Shown: positions 13,395 to 26,619, counted from the stretch's first letter. The stretch: 64,000 nt of DNA from Rhynchobatus australiae (GCA_034780895.1 JAUZTB010000048.1:14196750-14260749); one strand, 5' to 3'. The notes: generated by a model from the sequence alone, not told the origin. Program-made: numbers and translations.

Positions 13395-13705
13395 AAAGAA
13401 AGACTTAGATTTATACATTACTATTCTTAACCTTAGGAAGTCCCAAGGCAGTTTCCCTGCCAAGGAAATACCTTTGAAGTGAAGACATTATTGCAATGTA
13501 GAAAATGCAGCAGCCATACTGCCCACAGCTAAGTCTGACAAGCAGAAATGTATTGATGACCAGATAATCTTTTTCCCAAAACTTGATGTTTGTTTGGGGA
13601 TAGATATTGGTCTGTACACTGGGGAGAACCTCCCTGTTCTTCTTCAAAGTAGTGGCATGAGACCAGATGGGGCCTTGTTTTCAAGTCTCATCCAAAAGAT
13701 GGATT
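13395..13705 (-). mobile_element. SacSINE1/Deu-domain SINE
   Basis: AAAGACTTAGATTTATA...TCCCAAGGCAGTTT...GAAATACCTTTGAAGTG...GCAGCCATACTGCCCACAGC...GATAGATATTGG...GGGAGAACCTCCCTGTTCTTCTTC...TCTCATCCAAAAGATGG follows the recalled Deu-SINE order. Confidence 0.7.
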
Positions 13706-15479
13706 CAAAGTTGAAGTATTTCAAAGGTCTGAAGGAAAAGCATTTTGGGAATTGCAGGGCAGATTACAGCCCAGGGGACATGGGCATTCCCCAACTAAAC
13801 CATGAAACCTTTGGGGACATATACCTAGGGGACTGATATCATCACTTTCACTATCACTATTCACGAATCTTATTACTGTACAGAAAACGTAGCCCAATAC
13901 AAAAAGTCTTTTGGGAATGGGACAGGAATGTCTTTGGTGCTAAATTGCATTGTGATTATAGAAGACTATCCCATCGACCTAACATCATCAGTCAGACGAG
14001 ATTTGTGCTTTCTGAATTCATCTGGATGACAATTAACTCAGTTACTGTAATACAGATTACCAGTTACATCTTATATTCACAGCTGTATTTTACATAATAG
14101 ATATGTCCCCTTTTGATTTTGCTTCTTTTTATGAATTTATGACCAGACTGACCCCCTTCAAACTCATTGGTACCTCAGTATTAAGTTACTTCTTCATAAT
14201 GAATGTTAGTGCCTTACATTGTTCTTTAATTTTATGGGGCAAACATATCTATTCCTTGAGGATTTATTACCTTTATGACTTTTAACCCAACCAGAGTTTT
14301 CATTTGTTTTAAAACATGCTAAATCTTTGAATGACTCTTTGAAATACTACAGTTAGAAAAACAAATCTAATTTATGGTGGCTAATCTTAAGATGAGCTGA
14401 GGTATCAAAAGATGTTTCTATTATCTATACAATAATTTTTCAAGATAGTAAGAGTTTATTGTGTAAATTCATTATTCCCAACAAAGTATATGAAACAAAA
14501 AAGAGATTGTGAAATTCTAGTATCGAATTATCAGACCAGCTTGCACTCTCTTTCCTTGAGCAGCTGGTTTTAGTCACTGCAAGTTGTAAAATATCACTGT
14601 TTCCTAAAACTAATACAGCTGGGAAATTTTGTGCCAAATTTCATGCTGTGTGTCCTTCATGCTCCAGTCTTAAGAAACGACCATGTTTCTAGTCTCCCAG
14701 GCTGCTGGTCAATACCTTCAAAGATGGATGCTGCTTTAAAGCAAATATTGATTGTGGATATTGAAGATATGGCGCCATTTGTCATTGCTAATATTATTTA
14801 GAGTTATTGTTAAAAGCTGCAACATGAGAGGTGGNNNNNNNNNNNNNNNNNNNNNNNNNNNNNNNNNNNNNNNNNNNNNNNNNNNNNNNNNNNNNNNNNN
14901 NNNNNNNNNNNNNNNNNNNNNNNNNNNNNNNNNNAAAAGCTGCAACATGAGAGGTGGCCAGGCTTAGGGGAAAACAGGGAATATAGAGCGTCTCAGCAGT
15001 GATAGATGACTACACAATGTTGGCTTGTATTGCAAGGGAGCAGTTGGCTGCTGTTTGGTTTACCTTTTTCCAAGAAAAACATTTTGATGGGTTATGGAAG
15101 TGAACAGTATCATTCTGTCATATAAGGCATGAACCTTCCAGGGTGGTCTATTCAGCTATTAGGGCAGGGAGGTTAACATCTTTGCAAAACACTTTCAACA
15201 GGATACAGAGATATTAAAAGGGAAACAGAATTACTAAAGGAACTCTACTGTAATTTGGAAGCTAAAACGTACAAAGGCTAGGCCTTTGAAATGGAGTCAT
15301 ATGTGAAGTGTTGCATATTTAAAAGGGCATCGATTTTGTTTTATAGGATATCTTGATAAAATCTTCCTACTGTGCAAACAATATATATTTCTAAATAGAA
15401 ATTCAAAGTTTGATTCTCCACTTTCCATAATTGCTCACTGATTAATTTGAAGAGTTGGCTGAAGTCATTTATAGTGGAA

Positions 15480-15800
15480 TGTCAAGGGATTTGATTTAAA
15501 TAGACTTCCAGAAGGCATTTGATAAAGTGTCTTTTAAGAGACTGAGTTAATTTTGAAGCTCATGGATCTGATGGCAAAGTTTTGAGCTAGCTAGGAAACT
15601 GACTCAGTGGCAGGAGACAGAGAACAGGGATAATGGACAGAGCCCATGTAACTCCTGGTGACCTGTAGGCATCTGCGTATTCAGAATGCAAGTTATGTAG
15701 AAGTTGGAGTAGAGAGATGTGCATCCAGGTTTGTTGATGATGCAAAACTAGACAGCTTTCTAAGCAACATAGATGGAAGCATTAAATTATAGAAAGACAA
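15480..15800 (+). mobile_element. CR1 LINE reverse-transcriptase fragment, pseudogenised
   Basis: DFQKAFDKV, EAHG, LSGRRQR..GIM and SRFVDDAKL (cf. SKFADDTKL), with stops and frameshifts. Confidence 0.75.
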
Positions 15801-17704
15801 TGGAGCAAATCTTGCTGATGCTGCAGCCTCCACCCTCCCCCCCCCCATTCTAGAATCACTGTCTGTGTCCCCTCCAACCTCTTGGTTGGTTGATCCTGAA
15901 GCGGAAGGTTGGTCTGATGCATCTTGGAGTACAATGGCACAGTCTGAGTGGCAGCAGGACCTCTGATAGTCCAATGAGAAGATCCTGCCCCCANNNNNNN
16001 NNNNNNNNNNNNNNNNNNNNNNNNNNNNNNNNNNNNNNNNNNNNNNNNNNNNNNNNNNNNNNNNNNNNNNNNNNNNNNNNNNNNNNNNNNNNNNNNNNNN
16101 NNNNNNNNNNNNNNNNNNNNNNNNNNNNNNNNNNNNNNNNNNNNNNNNNNNNNNNNNNNNNNNNNNNNNNNNNNNNNNNNNNNNNNNNNNNNNNNNNNNN
16201 NNNNNNNNNNNNNNNNNNNNNNNNNNNNNNNNNNNNNNNNNNNNNNNNNNNNNNNNNNNNNNNNNNNNNNNNNNNNNNNNNNNNNNNNNNNNNNNNNNNN
16301 NNNNNNNNNNNNNNNNNNNNNNNNNNNNNNNNNNNNNNNNNNNNNNNNNNNNNNAGACCCACACTTACTCCTATCTACACAGCTAAAGGCCAGGGTAGCC
16401 AGCAAGTGACTGGGCAAAACAGCATCAAATGGTTTTCAGTACTGGCTAATGTAGGAGTCATTCTGCATTAGATCTATAAAGGGAAGAACAGAGGGTTAGA
16501 TGTTGTGCTGCGCTGTTCGAGCTATACTCTGTACACCATACAATGTGCCAGTGACAGATTTGCCCACACCTCCACTGCAAACCTCAGTTGTGGGCTTCAT
16601 ATGAACTGGAATTTCACTTTTTTCTTTGCTACTCCATAGAACACAAGTTATTTCACTTCAGTCAAAGTCAGGCGTGGGGTTGGTGGGCTTGAGGTAGTGA
16701 GGGGGTAGGAAGCTGCCATTGCCATCTGAGGCATTGAATACTGAGCACCTAGTGGTGAGTGGAGGGGGAATGGGAATTATGAGGAACTGGGACCTCAAGG
16801 GCCAGGGCCATCAGAAAGTCAGGATATTGGAGCAATGGGGCAACAGAGAGGGTTTGACTCTTGGCACTGAGGATCCAGATCAGTGCCAAGACCTAAGGGT
16901 TTGACTCTTAACTCAAGGCACTGAGGATCCAGATCTTGGGGCTTCAGAGGATCAAAAGTATTGGGTCTTGTGGCATTGGACAGTCAGGTTCATAAAGACA
17001 TTGGAGAGTTGGGAACCAGAAGTTTGTGGCCAGCAAGGAGTAAGGGCACTCATGGATCAGGCCCTTGGGGCATGGGCAGTCTGTGGGGTTGGGTCTCGGC
17101 ATTGGAGGGTCCATTTTGCTGCAATTGGGATCTTGGCATGGAGGCCTGTGGGAGTGGGACCAAAGAATCGGACAATCTGGGTGTTTGGGATCTGAGCATG
17201 AGTCTGTGGGATCAGAGCCTGACCATCTTGAGGATCTGTACAATTGTGATCTCATCATCACAGGATTAGACCTTCAGCATCAGAGGGTCTCTAGGGTTGG
17301 GGTCTCGATATCTGAAGGTTTTGTGTTCAGGGCTTCAGGGCATAGTGGATCGGTGTGGCTGAGGTTTCATTAATTCAGCCCAGTCGGTACTGGAGCATTT
17401 GAAGGGTGGGGAAGTTTGACATCATGGGTCAGAATGAAGGATAGAAGGTAATGACGGAACGCAGAGGGGTCCAGACCACGACTGAGGTTGTCCTGGGAGT
17501 GACCACTGATGATGTGATTGCACAGGGAATGCTGTCACTTGTTGTACACCTAATGCCAAAATGGCATCAAATACAACTCATATTGAAGGGTGCCCAGTCA
17601 CATTGTCAACTTGAAACAACCCAGTGTGGTTGCTAGCATGTTTCATTCCATCCAAAGTGCATTTTCAATCATGAGGTGCTGAAATAAATGGCATTATGTG
17701 ATGG

Positions 17705-18787
17705 AATTAGAACTGGTTATTATTGTCACTTGTACCGAGGTACAGTGGAAAAACTTGTTTTGCATATTGTTTGTACAGATTAATTCATTACACAGTGCAT
17801 TGAGGTAGTACATGGTAAAACAATACCGAATGCAGAGTAAAGTGTTACAGCTGCAGAGAAAGTGCAGTGCAGGTAGACAATAAGGTGCAAGGTCATAATG
17901 AGGTAGATTGTGAGGTTAAGAGTCCATCTTATCGTACAAGAGAACCCTTCAATAGTCTTATAACAGCAGGATTGAAACTGTCCTTGAGCCTGGTGGTACG
18001 CACTTTCAGGCTTTTGTGTCTTCTACCTGATGGGAGAAGAGAGAAGGGAGAATGTCCAGGATGGGTGGGATCTTTGATTATGTTGGCTGCTTTACTGAGG
18101 CAGTGAGAAGTATAGACAGAGTCCATGGAGGGGAGGCTGGTTTCTGTGATGTGCTGAGCTATGTTCAAGACTCCGCAGTTTCTTGTGGTCCCGGGCAGAG
18201 CAGTTGCCATACCAAACCATGATGCATCCAGATAGGATGCTTTCTATGGTCCATCAATAAAAATTGGTAAGAGTCAATGGGGACATGTGTAGTGTGAAAG
18301 GTCATGGCTGTCATGTGACGGTAACAATACTGACCTCCTGAGGAAGCAAAAGTGTGGGTGAGCTTTCTTGGCCATTGTGACTACATGGCTCAACCAGGAT
18401 AGGTTATTGGTGATGTTCAGTCTTGGGAATTTAAAGCTCTCAACCCTCACGACCTCAGCACCATTGATGTAGACAGGGGCATGTGCACCACCCCCCTTTC
18501 CTAAAGACAATAACCGGCTCTTTTGTTGACATTGAGGGAAAGCTTGTTATCAGGGCACCATGTCTCTAAGCTCTCTATCTCCTTCTTGTACTCTGACTCA
18601 TTGTATTTGATATATAGCACATCACAGTGGTGTCATCTGCAAACTTGTAGATAGAGTTAGAGCAGAATCTGTCCACGCAGTCATGAGTGTATAAGGAGTA
18701 GAGTAGGGGGCTGAAGACGCAGCCTTGTGGAGCACCAGAGTTGGGAGTAATTGTGGCAGAGGTGTTGCTGCCTATCCTCACTGATTG
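17705..18787 (-). mobile_element. Rex1/Babar-type LINE, 5'-truncated (RT domain to 3' UTR)
   Basis: ORF track: RIGSNTSATITPNSGAPQGCVFSPLLYSLYTHDC...IYKFADDTTV; VRVESFKFP..NITNNLSW; HPGHSPFSLLPSGRR...RLKDSFNPAVIRLL. Frameshifted. 3' UTR at 17705-17928. Confidence 0.9.
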
Positions 18788-19123
18788 CAAAATTGCAAGG
18801 TGTGAATTGAAACACTGTCAACCTCTCTGTGCATAGCTCACTTAGACCTCCAGTGGGTGGTGAGATTAGCAGAGCCATGAGATCTAGTATTATGATCTGA
18901 CAAGGATTCACCGGGATCAACAAAAGGGCTTCTGTGATCCTGTTGTCTTATTTCTATTGGAAGAGACTTGAAAGGTTTCCCATGTGTTTTTATATCCACA
19001 TTTTCATTATATGGAATAGTATGCCTTCTGGTGCATCACCGGTATTCATTCTTTATAAGATCTTTAATACTATTCTTGGTTTACTTTTGAATTAGCTTCA
19101 GTGTATTCCCCAAAATATGGTCC

Positions 19124-19235
19124 TAAAGTAAAATACTGCAGATACTGGAAATCTGAAATAAAACATGAGTGCTGGGAATGTTAAAAATCAGGCAGCATTT
19201 CGGAAGACAACAGAAGTGGTACACGAAACTTGCTG
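19124..19235 (-). mobile_element. PLE-derived tail fragment
   Basis: AAAATACTGCAGATACTGGAAATCTGAAATAAAACA...GCTGG...CAGGCAGCAT resembles the reverse complement of the 9715-9800 tail. Confidence 0.65.
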
Positions 19236-19568
19236 TTTGGTTCCAGTNNNNNNNNNNNNNNNNNNNNNNNNNNNNNNNNNNNNNNNNNNNNNNNNNNNNN
19301 NNNNNNNNNNNNNNNNNNNNNNNNNNNNNNNNNNNNNNNNNNNNNNNNNNNNNNNNNNNNNNNNNNNNNNNNNNNNNNNNNNNNNNNNNNNNNNNNNNNN
19401 NNNNNNNNNNNNNNNNNNNNNNNNNNNNNNNNNNNNNNNNNNNNNNNNNNNNNNNNNNNNNNNNNNNNNNNNNNNNNNNNNNNNNNNNNNNNNNNNNNNN
19501 NNNNNNNNNNNNNNNNNNNNNNNNNNNNNNNNNNNNNNNNNNNNNNNNNNNNNNNNNNNNNNNNNNNN

Positions 19569-19922
19569 GTTCTCTTTGGTACACAGTCCTCTACATAGTT
19601 GCTGATAAAGTCCGTGATGATGGTGACATACTCATCTAGGCTGCCAGCTAAATGTTGTACATAGATGAGTCTACTGATGCAATGCAGTCGCGTAGAAGCT
19701 CATCTATTTCCTCAGGCTAGCATTATACGACTTTCTGTACTGGATCCTCACATTTCAGCATCTGTTTGCATGCAAGGAGAAGGAGCACAGTCTGGTGGTC
19801 TGACTTACTGAGTGAGGATGGGGGTCTGGCTCAGTAGGCATCTTTGATGGTTGTATAGCAATGGTCAAGGGTGTTTGGGCCCCTGGTGGGTCAGGAGACG
19901 TGCTGGCATTTTTGCACCAGGG
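19569..19922 (-). mobile_element. Rex1/Babar-type LINE fragment (endonuclease C-terminus/linker)
   Basis: Minus-strand translation: QHVS*PTRGPNTLDHCYTTIKDAY; KSDHQTVLLL; DELLRDC; LDEYVTIITDFISNYVEDCVPKR. Confidence 0.8.
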
Positions 19923-19924
19923 TA

Positions 19925-20620
19925 CTCTAAATAATGTGGTGCTGGACGCAGCAGAGGTCCAAAGTGACTTGGGGGAGTCAGATCATTAACATCTCATAGA
20001 CAGGTGCAGAAAACAATCAAGTAGAAAGATGGCCTTATATATAAAGTGCAAGAGAATAGAGTTTCAGCAACAGCTATACAAAAAACCCACACCTAGAGTA
20101 CCACAAACAATTCTGGGTACCTCATCTTGGAAAGGACATAATGGCTGAGGAGAGAGTGCTGTGTGGATTTACCATGATCATACTAGCACTAAATTATAGC
20201 AAGAGGCTGCAAAACTGAGGTCATATTGTCTAGATTTTAGAAGGTTAAGTGTTATTTAGTTGAAGTTTTCAAGATATTAAGAGAAACTCATTGATTCGCT
20301 CCATCTACCCTATTTGCATGCATTGGCAATTCTGGGTCTAGATTCTGGGTAAAGTCTAGGCTGAGCATCTCAAGAGTGACGTTAGAAAACACAAATACAG
20401 ACAAAGGTTGGCAGAAATTTGAACTCTCTTCCATGTATGGGAATTTTATCTCAGTCAGTTATTAATTTTAATATCTTAGACTGATGGATTCTTGCTAACC
20501 AAAGATTTTAAAGGATATGAGGAAAAGGATGGCAATGTAGAGTCAGGTAACAAATCAGCTGTGACCTCATTGAGCACTGAAACTGGCTGAAGAAGCTAAA
20601 TAATGCTGTTCCTATGTCTT
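19925..20620 (+). mobile_element. CR1 LINE 3' region, degenerate
   Basis: EVQSDLG; PHLEYH.QFWVPHLGKDI; AGAAGGTTAAG..GTTTTCAAGATATT; decayed CR1 tail. Confidence 0.7.
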
Positions 20621-22084
20621 TTGATCTTGCTGGTGTACATACAACGGATATTGACTTCTTTCCAGTACAGAGTAACGGATATTCATGTCTGATGTAAGCT
20701 GTTATGCAAGTGGGTCACTTGGACATCAGAATACAAAGGACAAGCACAATCTTGTCAATGTTCAACATTCACATACATGGATAGGTGATATAATGATTAC
20801 ACTCTTCCTTCCTGGATCTTTCACCTGCCCACCCATCAACCCATATCACTTTGATATCCTCCATGGTTTTATTAAGCAACACTTTTATGGTGAGATGAAT
20901 AATTATTTTCAGATGGGTTAAAAGTAATCATTAGAATATGAGATACTAAAAGGATAAGCAGATGTCTTTTTCATCACGATCACTGTTAAAATGTGTGCAT
21001 TGTTTAAATAATATTGTTTAATTTGTTTTCTGTCACTATTTGGCTTCCAACTGATTTCACAATTGCAGCACTGAACAGGAATAATGGAGGTTCTTAGGTT
21101 AAGCAAAACTATGCATCTTTTGTTAGTTTTCCATTCATTCTCAGCCAATTAATACAGTATAATTAGAAACTGTTTTCTGTAATTTACAAAATCTGATGTT
21201 GCTTCTAAAATTATTTATTTAAAGTCATGTTCTATTTGAGGTTTCTAAAAATACGTAACTTCAAACACAAGCAATAAGGTGAGTGTAATTATCTGTGCTG
21301 ACTTACTTTTCAAATTGATTGAAATGTTTTTGTAATTTTTTTTAATCCAACCCAATCTTCTTCAAATATTTCATTTGCATCTACCCAGAATGCCTCTCTG
21401 TGAACTCCAAGCTGTCTGTTTACATTAAAACTTGCACTTGGGCATCTCTAATTACAGATAATGGTCCGTGTGTGCCTGTTCAGGTTTGAGACAAGTACGC
21501 TCCTAACAAGCAGCTGACACCAGCCCGTTAGCATCTGTGTTGCTGTGCAACTAAATGGCCTGGTAGTACAGGCATTCTGGAGTGACCTTGGCAATCTGTT
21601 CAGATTGCCTAACTCCAGTGTGTAACTTTCCTGCTGGTTTGGTACCAAATTCCATGTATTAGTAGCATTTACATAAAACTTATTATTCTGAAGCTGGATT
21701 GTATTTGGATTATGTTTTTTCTTATCTCCCATTATATTTCACTATGAAGTTCAGAGTCTCCCAATCAGATAATCAGTGACAGATCCATGAACCATTTAAC
21801 GTTCTTAAATGAACATTATGAACACTTGGACAAGAATATGACTCTGTAGTTTTAGCTGATAGACTTCCTGTAGAAGAAGATGTGGGCAAATAAATTTAGT
21901 GCATTTTGGATATTAGAATCACAGAATGTTCATTTATTTCAATTGTAAGTATATTTCTGAAGGTTACAGAGTTTGGAATGATGTGTGCCTTATCAAAGGA
22001 ATGATGTAATTTTAGTTTAATCAAATGCGACCCAAAATCTAGAGAGCAATATTTCAGTAGTTAAATAACACTAATGAAAATCAA

Positions 22085-22190
22085 GCTCAGTTTGATGAAG
22101 GATCTTATACCTGAAATGTTAACTCTTGCACCTTCCACAGATTCTGCCCGACATGCTGAGGTTTTTCCAGTATTTTTTGTTTTTATTTAT
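22085..22190 (+). mobile_element. Short PLE-derived repeat with decayed hammerhead motif (subfamily B)
   Basis: AGTT-TGATGA-AGGATCTTATACCT-GAAATGTT-AACT at 22089-22124, then the CCACAGATTCTGCCCGACATGCTGAG tail. Confidence 0.7.
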
Positions 22191-24134
22191 GTTGGACAAA
22201 GCTAATCTCTTTGTACACACAATTCCCGAGTATTTTGCTCAATCTATCTATCGAATGGCAAATGGGAAATGAATCACATGCTTAGTGACAGGCAATAGTA
22301 TTTGCATTTTCTTAAATTCTAGGTTATTAGTTATAAACACCTGCACAAGGCTAAGTTCATGTTTACCTTTTGTCTCACACATTAGAAATTATACTACGAG
22401 AGAACAGATTCTGCTGAAAAGCTCTTACTCTGCAGTTTAACAAAGCTACTAATCTGCTTTAAGAATAAAACAATGATATCTTTGTCTCACCTCACCCCAC
22501 CACTGCCCTAAAAAAAACATCTAAAAGGGTGTCAGTAGACCTGAGCATCATAATTTGGGAGATAAAACTGGTGTATTTTGATAGTTATGTCCATTTGTAA
22601 TGGAGACTTGCAGCATTATGACTTGCACAAAGGATAGTGGAAACTAACCCAAATACTAACTCTTTGAAAACCAGTTGCTCTATTAGATTTTAGCCTCACC
22701 TTTTTACCTGCCTTAACAGATTAAAATTTATATTATACATAATGGTACTGAAATGTACACCAGCTATTATTCAAATGGTCTCAAAGATTCTGAAGATAAT
22801 AATTGAAGAAAGCCATTGATGCCTTGTTCTTTAACAAGTGTCTGCAATATAATATCACAGTATCCTGATAGTAACCTGTGAAAAATGGATGTGAACTGTT
22901 AACTTTTATTTATTGATGTGGGCTACAATTGATTTCACCCCAATTCTTGCAGAGTGTTTGAAAGGTGATAAAGAATGATACTGTATTGCCTTTCTAGTCT
23001 GAAATGGAGGCTGTCATCAAAAGGAACCTGGGTATTCTTATTGTTGAGTATGCTCAGAGCTCTGCTTTATTGGTTACAAAAATTATTATATCTTGACAGC
23101 TAACCAGAAAGTTTACACTGTCACTAAGTTGGAAGACTTGATGGTAGTGTATAAATTGTCCAAGAAACCAAAGAAGCATTCAGGTTTAAATTAAAATGGT
23201 GAAAAATAACCTTCCTGAGAGGTTTCTAATCATTTAGTTCTAAATGTGNNNNNNNNNNNNNNNNNNNNNNNNNNNNNNNNNNNNNNNNNNNNNNNNNNNN
23301 NNNNNNNNNNNNNNNNNNNNNNNNNNNNNNNNNNNNNNNNNNNNNNNNGCAGCCTTAATTAACGGTTAAAGTCATTCTTGAGTTCTAGGGAATCAGATGA
23401 TACTGTGAAGCAGGAAAATTGGAAAAGAAATGAAGAAACTAAATGGCAGCAAAGGGAAAATGAAGGAATTGCATTGGCTAGAACTGCAATTTGCTCACTT
23501 TCCATTGAAAATGTCTTTTAATGTTCATAGAATTGTTGAATGCTACAACATGTAACAAGACCACTGATTTATTATCCCACTTGTGTTTCTCTATGCTTTT
23601 ACTCTGATCTGAATCTCCTTTTCTCCATAATCTTTAATATTCTTATTAAACAAGAAACCTTATCTTTTTTTCTTTCACAAGTGCTTACAAAAAACAATGG
23701 TTTTACCAAGGAATTGCATATGCCAACCACAGAAGATTATAATTCCCCAATCTCCCTTTCAACTTTAGTACAATTATTAAATTTATGGATAAACCCTATC
23801 ATATTATATAGATCTTTACTACTTCACCCATTAACCTTATCGGCTACAATTTTAAAAGAAGCCCAACTACTTGCTCCTCTGCATCACCGAAGCACTTTAT
23901 TTTTGATTAGCTCCTTGTGGATTTATGCATTAACTTTTCCTTTGATTTTATATTCTCCTTATAAGAGATGCTTCAAACTGTGTCCACTGACCTTTCTGAA
24001 CCAAAATTGAAGATTAGCATTTTGTTTGTTTAAGAAGTGGAAAGCAAGCATCTTTATGCAGTAGTCTTTATCTGGAGTTGTGCATGGATCTTTCTTTTTA
24101 TTTCTCTGGTTTCCAATCTCAGTCAAGCAGAACC

Positions 24135-24205
24135 TGAAAAAAAAATGAAAGAACTGCAAATGCTGGAAATCTGAAATAAAAGCATAAAATACCGGGAACA
24201 CACTG
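24135..24205 (-). mobile_element. PLE-derived tail fragment
   Basis: GAACTGCAAATGCTGGAAATCTGAAATAAAAGCATAAAAT resembles the reverse complement of the shared tail. Confidence 0.55.
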
Positions 24206-25299
24206 GAGAAATTCTTTGGCTGTTTGTTTTGATATTACTTGCCAGTTTGCTCTCTTAATCAATTACTCTTGATAATAAGATCACTTGTTAGCTCTTCAGT
24301 GCTCCACTGCTGGTTCCTGAAAAATTCCCAGTCCTTTGGTCCACCACCAACTCTAACGTTTTCCTGGACATTTTTTATTAACCATCAATGGTTCTTCTTT
24401 CTCAACAAGCCCCTCGTTCTGATTGGGCTAAATTTCTGCTGAGTGTTATGGAATAACTGCAGAATATTCTGCCTCTGCACATCAATTGTCCTTTCCTTTA
24501 GCTTATTTTCTCAGTCTGTGCTTGACAACTTCTACTTCATACCTTCTTGTTGCCCTTATTTAAGTTGAGGGCACTAGTTCTGGACCTGAGGTGTTTAGGC
24601 TCAAACTGCATTTGAAATTCTATCATGTTGTGATAGAGTTAAGGCTGATTAATTCAAGCAAATTGTGAATAAAATGAATTGTAAATGCCTTTAAAGTTCT
24701 GTTAAACAATGTTTTCACTATCCTTCTCCAATAAAATTGCTAGTTCTTTTCAGGCAAGGCCAAACAAAGAATAGTCCAGAACTGATTCACCTTGCATTAT
24801 TGCAGGTTTTGTGGTGCTTCTCCCAATATCAGCTGGAAATTGCCATGCAAAATATTGTTCCTCCTTTCTACTTTGATCTTTGTCACTGGTCCAGAGACAT
24901 GATTTATAGCAACTATCCATCTTTCAGAGTCATCCATCAGGGTCCTGTTTCAATACAGTGGCTCTTTGTTTTGTATTACACAGAAAAGCTGTCATTCATT
25001 ACATGCAAATGATATTTGTCCATTTTACTTCTATTTCAGCAAAGCACAGCAAAGGGTAGCTTTAAATTGGAAGGGTTACTTGCCACAGTAACTGCAAATC
25101 TTTTTATATTTATATCAACATCTTGATCTAAACAACAAAAACAAATAACCCTGTGTATACCCGAATCTTGAGAATAGCCTGTGTAGAATAGCAGTTTTCT
25201 TAGTTATTACTCAACCCATCTTTAAAAATATAACACAGTCTCAATACCATTGAAGTGCGTCTGTGCAAAAGCTGGCATAATGCAAATAAAAATTGTATC

Positions 25300-26600
25300 A
25301 AAAGTGTTGGTTAGCGTTTTTACAGATGGGAGACTTAACACCGGTTTATAATAGCGAATGGCACTTCTGGTGCAAGATTTTCTCGTACCCTCGCGCTGTT
25401 CTTCTGGTGTCCAGCTCATCTGAATGACGTCAGCATTTTTGTAACACCCAAAATTTGTCTCCAGCAAGATTTTCAACCACATTGGTCCAAATTTCCACTG
25501 GTGATATTCGCTCACAGAGAAAAACTGGCTTTTGCTGAGGCTGAAGTTTTCACAATGCTGTCATTTTAAAGGGCCAGACACATCTCCCTCACAATCATGG
25601 GCAGAGTGCTGCACAACTCTATGCAAAACCAACAAACAGGCCCAAGGTGGGATTCCAGTAACCACACCATGTCCACTCAGGTTTCTCCCCAAAACTTAGG
25701 AGCCAGAAATTCCAAAAGAAATCTGCAAATAGAGAAGTGGTTGCACACTCATAAACTGAAATGAGTGCAAAACAGGAGAAAGACATTGCACATAAGAGAC
25801 TGCACCAAAACCTCCTCCACCCAGGAGCCACCATCTTATAAGCACCTCTCGTAAGAGTAATGTCAATGCATCTGACCCATCCACCTCACTGATATCTGTG
25901 ACCTCAGAAAATGTCCACTACTAACTCACAAGGTGGCTGCAGTGCTCTCAAAGTCAAGGTCAGTCCTCAGGACCCTCCAGTCTGTTGCTGCCGTTACATG
26001 TCATGTGTGACAAAACTGCTCACAGCTGCTTTATGGAAATCAAAATTCAACCGTCATGCTGTTTATTTTTGTTTAATCCAACTTTAGCTTTCAGAAATCA
26101 GGGCTTTTGGCAGCAATAGTATTCCCGGGTATTCAGAGGAGGGACCCATGCTCTTACAGACACCTCATTGGCAACTTTCTGCCGGAGGTGCCTTTGCACA
26201 AAGAAGCTGCCTCCTACACACACTGTTCTTTAGCAGCCTGTGCCAGTTCCTCTGCCCCTCTGCAGACAACTTTGCCAACCCCTTCCCCCCACCCAACCCC
26301 CTACCATTGTATCATACCCACACTCCCCAGGAGCATGATGAGCACTGCTTGTGGTGTGACCCCTCGAGGGCTGCTTCCTGAGGAAAAAGTTGTGAGGATA
26401 TGCTCTAGTATCACTGATCAGCAAGGCCCACTGTTCCTGAAACAGAGTGGTATTACCCAAGAGTCCAACAGTGCTGTTTTTGGATGGGTGCTAACAAATG
26501 TTGCAGTCTTTTTCAGAGTCTTTCAAAACAGCATTAGAGCAATAGCTAATGCCATTATAACATTGGAAAACTGACGTATGCTAATTTCTAGACCATAGTT
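25300..26600 (+). mobile_element. Possible PIF/Harbinger-derived relic
   Basis: LTDICDL and QGGCSALKVKVS at about 25885-25965 weakly resemble the N-terminal region of Harbinger transposases. Ends in a TIR-like AATTTCTAGACC. Highly decayed. Confidence 0.3.
26388..26476 (+). repeat. Local repeat copy 1 (most diverged)
   Basis: AGTTGTGAGGATATG...GAGTCCAACAGTGCTG; about 9 substitutions and 2 indels versus the reverse complement of 27639-27737. Confidence 0.85.
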
Positions 26601-26619
26601 TGATAATCAAACTTAGAAA

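Noticed and set aside
14812-14957. Direct repeat AAAAGCTGCAACATGAGAGGTGG
   Set aside because: It flanks a 100-N gap; a scaffolding artefact rather than a target-site duplication or array.
17801-17822. let-7-like sequence as a miRNA gene
   Set aside because: Only the 5' 10 nt match exactly, there is no precursor hairpin, and it lies in a LINE UTR. Kept only as an antisense target-site finding.
19614-19677. C/D snoRNA-like GTGATGA...CTGA with an internal inverted repeat
   Set aside because: No terminal stem, and the sequence is explained as minus-strand Rex1 coding remnant.
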